In this document: piece by piece, positions 58,808 to 64,000 of the stretch
Position numbering within the stretch: the stretch's first letter is position 1
Layout of the letters: every line of letters starts with the position of its first letter
DNA from: Minisyncoccota bacterium
GTDB lineage: Bacteria > Patescibacteriota > Minisyncoccia > Phycocordibacterales > UBA9973
DNA: 64,000 bases
Direction: 5' to 3'
Assembly: GCA_035491955.1 (NCBI GenBank)
Contig: DATJJU010000003.1
Location: 15,306 to 79,305, forward strand
Notes under the pieces: model-generated
What the model was told of the DNA's origin: nothing
What the model saw: only the letters and a program-made list of their open reading frames with translations
The model's database searches: none
Position numbers and translations under genes: made by a program

Positions 58808-59962
58808 TTATTTAATAAGAGAATTATATATTTCTATATACTTTCCAGTCTGTATCTCCCAGCTGAACCCTTGAGCTTTTAACGACCCCGCATCTCCTAA
58901 TGCCTGAGCAAAAGCATGATCACTTATTATTTTTTCTATAGCCTCAGCTAGAGCTTGTGGATTTTTCGGTTCAACAATCAGACCTGTAACACCGTTATCG
59001 ATGACCTGAGGAGTACCGCCAATATTAGTACCAATAATCGGACGACCTGATGCCATAGCTTCGACCAGTGACACACTAAACGCCTCTGAGTCAGAGGTAG
59101 ATGGCAAAACCATTACATTCATTCTCTCAAACGCCTTCACAAGCTCTGCCCCATATTGAGGACCAGGAGTAATAAAATTGTCTTGTATATTTAAATCTTT
59201 TGCCTGTTGCGTATAGAGACCGAGTGCATCGCCTCCTCCGACGATCTCTAGTGTCGCGGAAGGTCTTTTTTTAATCACAATAGCCATTGCCTTAATAAGA
59301 TATTCGATACCTTTCCACATTGAAGAAAGCTCTACTCTGCCAACAAAAGCTACACGTTCATTATTCGGCACCGCAGTCTTTTTAAATCGTTCCAAATCCA
59401 CTCCGGTAGGAATAAAAGAGACCTTGTTTATAAATTGAGGAAATACGACAGGAATAAAGTTTCGAGCCACTGCCACAATATGATCAGCGCGCTGAAGGAG
59501 CTTTTTCAAAAAATATAATTCGTAGACCCCTATAATAAGATCAAGAATGAAATTTCCCTTACGCATACTGCCAGAGTGATATGTCACGACCAAAGGAATA
59601 TGCTTTTTATGAGCTACTGCAGCAGCAACATCCGCCATAAATGGCACGGGTGAATGCGTGTGAACAAGACTAGGCTTTTCTTCATCAAAAATCTTTGTGA
59701 TCATTTTTGACCAAGCAAAATTAATAGGCGTATTCGATAAACGAAACGCGATAGGAAGACGGTGCACTGTCATGCCGTCAATCATATCTTTGCGATAGCC
59801 TTTTCCATCATAGTTACTGGAGATAATGCTGACCGTATAGTTTCCGCTCTCTTGCAGCATCTTTGCAGTGGTATAAGCAATAGTTTCGAGACCGCCCACT
59901 TTTGGGTAAAAATATGATGCAACCACTGTAACATGAGGTTTTTTTATTATTGATTCATTCAT
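58808..59962 (-). CDS. GT4 glycosyltransferase
   Basis: EAFSVSLVEAMASG (EX7E motif). Confidence 0.92.
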   Translation of the reverse strand: MNESIIKKPHVTVVASYFYPKVGGLETIAYTTAKMLQESGNYTVSIISSNYDGKGYRKDMIDGMTVHRLPIAFRLSNTPINFAWSKMITKIFDEEKPSLVHTHSPVPFMADVAAAVAHKKHIPLVVTYHSGSMRKGNFILDLIIGVYELYFLKKLLQRADHIVAVARNFIPVVFPQFINKVSFIPTGVDLERFKKTAVPNNERVAFVGRVELSSMWKGIEYLIKAMAIVIKKRPSATLEIVGGGDALGLYTQQAKDLNIQDNFITPGPQYGAELVKAFERMNVMVLPSTSDSEAFSVSLVEAMASGRPIIGTNIGGTPQVIDNGVTGLIVEPKNPQALAEAIEKIISDHAFAQALGDAGSLKAQGFSWEIQTGKYIEIYNSLIK

Positions 59963-62226
59963 ACATATAACTCTTCTAATTTGCTAATAGTTGCCTCCCA
60001 ACTGTATGGTTCTGAAAAATGCTCGTAATACTCGCCAGGTTTTCTTGATGCCAATACTTTTTTAATTGTATCAGCAAGCGCCTCGGCATTTAAATCAGAT
60101 ATCATGCCATTATCATTATTGATAATAAGATCTTTTGCTGCATTATGCTTGGCGTTGACTGTTACCACCGGCAAGCCTATGGCGTTGGCTTCGATTACAG
60201 TAATTCCGAATCCTTCACGATCAGAAGGAAGCACAAACACCTTAGAGGCTTTCATTAATGCATACACGTCTTCTTGCTTATCTAAGAAACCAGTAAAAGT
60301 TACCGCATCACTGATATTCAAACTGTCTGACATTTTTTCTAGATATTCTTTTTGAGGACCATCACCCACAATATACGCCTTTATGGCTGGAGAATCTTTT
60401 TTTATCTCCGCTATAGCATGAAGCAAGGTGCCCACATTCTTATGAGGTAATAATCTTCCGGCAAAAATAATATCTGACTGAGTACTCGGTAGTATTTTTT
60501 TCATAAAAGAAAGATCTAACGCATTTGGAATAGTTACAACACGATTTTTTATACCCAAAATATTTTTTAACTCCGCAGTAGTATGATCTGATACTGAAAT
60601 TATACTATCAGGCAACGTGGCGCTGATTTTTTCAATAAAATACGCTATGGAACCGAAAGTAAAACCAAGATATTCCCTCCAGTATTTCTTTCCCCATACT
60701 TCATGCCAAGTAGCTATCATTTTCTTTCTCTTAAGCATACAGACAAATTTTGTAACAAGTAGCACCGTATGAGGAATATGATCAACATCAAGAATATCGA
60801 ATGATTTTGTAAGAAGCTTAAATGCGCTCAATGAGAAAAATAGTGCCTGCTTTAAAGATCTTCGATTGCCTATATATAAAGGATAATAAGAGCTTATCGC
60901 AGATAATGTAACTCCCTGATCTTGAATGGTATATGGGCCCTTCCACCACTTCATACAATAGATCGTGACATCATAGCCTTCTTTCGCCAGTTGTATCGTC
61001 AGATCATATAATCTTTTCTCTTTTCCTCCTTTGTTAAATTGGTACACGGCGTCAGAAACAAACGCCAATTTCTTAGGGGGCTTTTGGCCAGCATCTGAAT
61101 ACACGCGCTCTAGTTTTGAGATAATAGCATTCCAATTAAAATATTCATTAACATACTGTTTTGAGTATTCTCCCATTTTCTGCAGGCGTGTTTCATCGAA
61201 AACAATTTCTCTTATAGCGCCTTGAACGCTTTCATCTGTGGGATTCTTAATAAGATACATCATCTCCCTATCGAGTTTATAGTCCTTATACCCTTCATCG
61301 TCAGATGTAATAATAGGTAAACCGCATGCCATAGCCTCTTGAATAGCAAGAGGAAACCCTTCACTCTCCGATGGAAGAATAAAAATATCGGCAGCTTGAT
61401 ATACTTCCGCCATTTCCGAAGGCTGTATTTTTCCTAGGAAAACCAGATTATCGCTACTCTCCTGAATAGGAGTAGCTCCGGCAAACGCAATTTGATATTC
61501 TGAACTCTCAGCAGATAAAACTTTGGTAAAGCCCTTTTTGGGTACAAATCTTCCCACAAAGAGGATAACCTTTTTATTACTATCCAAGCCAAATTTTTTA
61601 CGCAATATCTTTTTCTCTTCTACTGAAACAGGCTTAAAAAGTTTTTCATTTACGCCATTGATAAGCATAACGATCTTTTTATCGGAAACTCCTCGTCTTA
61701 TTAAGAATTTTTTTACCGACTGGTTATACACCATGATACGATTGCTAAATTTAAAAATTATTTTACCCGTTGTGACATATACGAATTTCTCAATTAGTAC
61801 AACAATGCGACTCGGGTGCTTGATGAGTGCAATATGTTCAGTTAACACTAATGGCTTTTTAAACAACCGAGCGAATAGTGCGGCAAAAAACGAACTCATA
61901 TAAAACGCATCGTGAATATGCACGACATCGGCTTTCTTTACTTCGCGTCTTAGTACTGGCAGTAATCGAAGGGAGAAAATCGGGAATGGTGCTCCCCATT
62001 TTTCTGAGAAGTTCAGTGCTTTGATTCTGATGACACGTATTCCATCAACAATAGCACTTTTCTCATCTGCATTAGTCTCACTAGTTACTACAGTAACCGT
62101 ATACCCCGAAGCAACCAAGCGCTTCGCTTGGTTATATGCCACCATTCCTACACCAGTTACATGAGGAGGAAAATGATGAGTGACTATAAGAATGCTCTTT
62201 TTAGACTCATTCATATTGCTACTCAT
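59959..62226 (-). CDS. Tandem two-module GT4 glycosyltransferase
   Basis: EGFPLAIQEAMA and EGFGITVIEANA. Confidence 0.9.
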   Translation of the reverse strand: MSSNMNESKKSILIVTHHFPPHVTGVGMVAYNQAKRLVASGYTVTVVTSETNADEKSAIVDGIRVIRIKALNFSEKWGAPFPIFSLRLLPVLRREVKKADVVHIHDAFYMSSFFAALFARLFKKPLVLTEHIALIKHPSRIVVLIEKFVYVTTGKIIFKFSNRIMVYNQSVKKFLIRRGVSDKKIVMLINGVNEKLFKPVSVEEKKILRKKFGLDSNKKVILFVGRFVPKKGFTKVLSAESSEYQIAFAGATPIQESSDNLVFLGKIQPSEMAEVYQAADIFILPSESEGFPLAIQEAMACGLPIITSDDEGYKDYKLDREMMYLIKNPTDESVQGAIREIVFDETRLQKMGEYSKQYVNEYFNWNAIISKLERVYSDAGQKPPKKLAFVSDAVYQFNKGGKEKRLYDLTIQLAKEGYDVTIYCMKWWKGPYTIQDQGVTLSAISSYYPLYIGNRRSLKQALFFSLSAFKLLTKSFDILDVDHIPHTVLLVTKFVCMLKRKKMIATWHEVWGKKYWREYLGFTFGSIAYFIEKISATLPDSIISVSDHTTAELKNILGIKNRVVTIPNALDLSFMKKILPSTQSDIIFAGRLLPHKNVGTLLHAIAEIKKDSPAIKAYIVGDGPQKEYLEKMSDSLNISDAVTFTGFLDKQEDVYALMKASKVFVLPSDREGFGITVIEANAIGLPVVTVNAKHNAAKDLIINNDNGMISDLNAEALADTIKKVLASRKPGEYYEHFSEPYSWEATISKLEELYV

Positions 62227-63003
62227 TTATTTATTATTGAGTATTGGCTGCTGGCGCAATCGAGGTTGCTGCTGAAATTGAGGTCTCGGTTTCCAGAATA
62301 GGTTCTTGAAAAACATCCAGAAAATCCGAATGCCGTCTTTGAAAGGATTGAGGTTTGTTTCTCCGGCGCGAGCACTGTAACTAATAGGAACAGAGCAAAT
62401 TTCTAATCCAAGGTGAGCCATTTTTGTTACCATTTCCATTTCAATAGCAAAGCCTTGCGATTTTAGGTGAGGTCGAAGTTTTTCTAAAGCACTAAATTCC
62501 CATGCAAAGTAACCAGTCAAAACATCAGTGACATGAACACCGTAAAATGTACGTACTAATCGTGAAAAAATACGATTACCAATACGATTAGTCATCTTCA
62601 TAGAACCCATGAGAATCTTGCCTCCCAATCGTGAGCCAATAACGACATTGCTAAACTTTGAACGAAGAGGTTCGAGAAGGCGGAGAATCTCACTAGAGTG
62701 ATAAGTATTATCCCCATCAAGCATTACAACGTAGTCACACCAATCAGAATTGATTACGTACTTGAAGCCGGTTCTGATAGCATTCCCTTTACCTTTCTTT
62801 GGTTCGTGCAAAACTGTTGCACCTAATGAACGAGCGATTTCTCCTGTTCGATCTGTAGAATTATTATCAATAACAACTATTTCAGTTTCAAAACCGCTGT
62901 GACGCAAGGCTTGTTTTGGAAAACTATGAATAACGTCTGCGATGCCACATTCTTCATTGTAGCAAGGGATAACAATAATTACTTTGTGTGGTTTTATAGT
63001 CAT
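62227..63003 (-). CDS. GT2, polyprenol-phosphate glycosyltransferase-like (DPM1/AglJ type)
   Basis: IPCYNEE, DNNSTD, GKGNA, LDGDNTY, GSR, GFAIEME. Confidence 0.9.
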   Translation of the reverse strand: MTIKPHKVIIVIPCYNEECGIADVIHSFPKQALRHSGFETEIVVIDNNSTDRTGEIARSLGATVLHEPKKGKGNAIRTGFKYVINSDWCDYVVMLDGDNTYHSSEILRLLEPLRSKFSNVVIGSRLGGKILMGSMKMTNRIGNRIFSRLVRTFYGVHVTDVLTGYFAWEFSALEKLRPHLKSQGFAIEMEMVTKMAHLGLEICSVPISYSARAGETNLNPFKDGIRIFWMFFKNLFWKPRPQFQQQPRLRQQPILNNK

Positions 63004-63007
63004 AGTA

Positions 63008-63454
63008 TTAATTGTTATTAGGGATAAGAAAATCAATACTCTGATTGAGATTTTTCAAAGTAACTTGAACCATTCCTTCTTCGTCTGTAAGAGTTGAAGT
63101 ATGCGAAACAATAACTGTTCTTGTTTCATCATCTGCGAGAGTCACAGTTCCTTTAAGAATGGAGAGGGTTTGACCATTTTTATATACAAAATTTACAGTA
63201 TAGGGATATGTAGTTTGTATTCCTTCAACATTATGAATATTAAAAGAAAATGTTATTTTTTGTCCCTTACTTATTGATTTAGGAAGATTCTCTGAATTAT
63301 TAAAATAGAGTTCGGTATAGGGTTCTAACTTGGGAGTAAAATTAAGACGATTGAGAGCATCTGATATTTGAGTATTAAATACCAAGATAGCAACTGCAAG
63401 CGCAACAATTACTACTGCTGGGATAAGTATTTTTTTGTGTACTGGATTCTCCAT
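63008..63454 (-). CDS. DUF1616-like membrane-anchored protein
   Basis: TM; E.YTELYF, F.IHN.EG...Y.Y. Confidence 0.7.
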   Translation of the reverse strand: MENPVHKKILIPAVVIVALAVAILVFNTQISDALNRLNFTPKLEPYTELYFNNSENLPKSISKGQKITFSFNIHNVEGIQTTYPYTVNFVYKNGQTLSILKGTVTLADDETRTVIVSHTSTLTDEEGMVQVTLKNLNQSIDFLIPNNN

Positions 63455-63554
63455 ATAAATAAGACGTAAAGAAATAATCAATATTTCATAAGTATTTCAT
63501 AAACGCCACCCTACCATATTATAGTTAATACGTCAATAGTTCCCTATTGGAGTG

Positions 63555-64000
63555 TTAGAGCGAAGAGACAGAGAAGTCTTTCACGTCTAGTTCGCTAGAA
63601 CCAGGAGTACTATTATATGCATCGAAGCCAATACCACCACTAGAAAGACCTGTTGGGATGGTTGCGCTGACAGTTGAGCCGTTTACCGCACAACCTATCT
63701 GATCTTTGTTGACCGTCAATTTATAATCAACATCCCCAACATTAGGAATAGTAGGAATTTGATCTCCATTTTGAGTTAATGTAGTAGTTTTTCCATTAAC
63801 AACGGCGTCGATACGTGTAATACCTCCTTGAGAGTAGACACATTTTAGATAATTTTTATTATCACTGAACCGTCCTATAAGTGAGAAGGTTGGTCCGGAA
63901 ATAAAATTCGCGTGTAATATATAAGAATAATTAACCCATGCCTCACTTCCTCCAAGCTCTGCAATACCGTCAACAGCGGAAGTGGAAGCTATTGTCAAAA
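63555..64000 (-). CDS. C-terminal beta-sandwich (ConA-like) domain of a gene starting beyond the window
   Basis: W.NY, VNG, GGIGF; open to the window edge. Confidence 0.55.
   Translation of the reverse strand, partial: LTIASTSAVDGIAELGGSEAWVNYSYILHANFISGPTFSLIGRFSDNKNYLKCVYSQGGITRIDAVVNGKTTTLTQNGDQIPTIPNVGDVDYKLTVNKDQIGCAVNGSTVSATIPTGLSSGGIGFDAYNSTPGSSELDVKDFSVSSL

Noticed and set aside
166-61903. Numerous short antisense or alternate-frame ORFs inside recognised genes
   Set aside because: Shadow ORFs with no motifs or independent expression signals
1-64000. CRISPR array, DGR or retron
   Set aside because: No regularly spaced repeats, cas genes or reverse transcriptase seen

Overview
Bacterial genome fragment using genetic code 11. 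Gene content and style suggest Patescibacteria/CPR (Parcubacteria-like); this is inferred, not proven. There are three zones. (1) 1-9.5 kb is housekeeping: FAD oxidase, rplY, lytic transglycosylase, L31-B, prfA, tRNA-Ile(GAT), rsmI, CtpA, rplI, rpmA, CAP protein. (2) About 9.5-46 kb is a patchwork of mostly single-gene units in both orientations, each with its own sigma70 promoter and terminator. It holds many orphans, a RAYT transposase with REP hairpins, a DoxX-FMN-binding-ApbE operon, metal transporters and a MarR-adaptor-MFS efflux operon. (3) 46-64 kb is a surface-glycan locus with two DUF2206-like proteins, a DUF1616-like protein, tandem GT4 fusions, a GT2, a pyruvyltransferase, a flippase-methyltransferase fusion and a GH-A hydrolase. 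The most unusual signals are: at least five ORF-free promoter-structured RNA-terminator cassettes (candidate sRNA genes); orphan exported proteins with Bacteroidota-style signal peptides and A-rich SD-less leaders, alongside conserved genes that appear leaderless; and REP-derived palindromes dispersed around core genes. All family calls come from motif recognition by eye; no searches were run.
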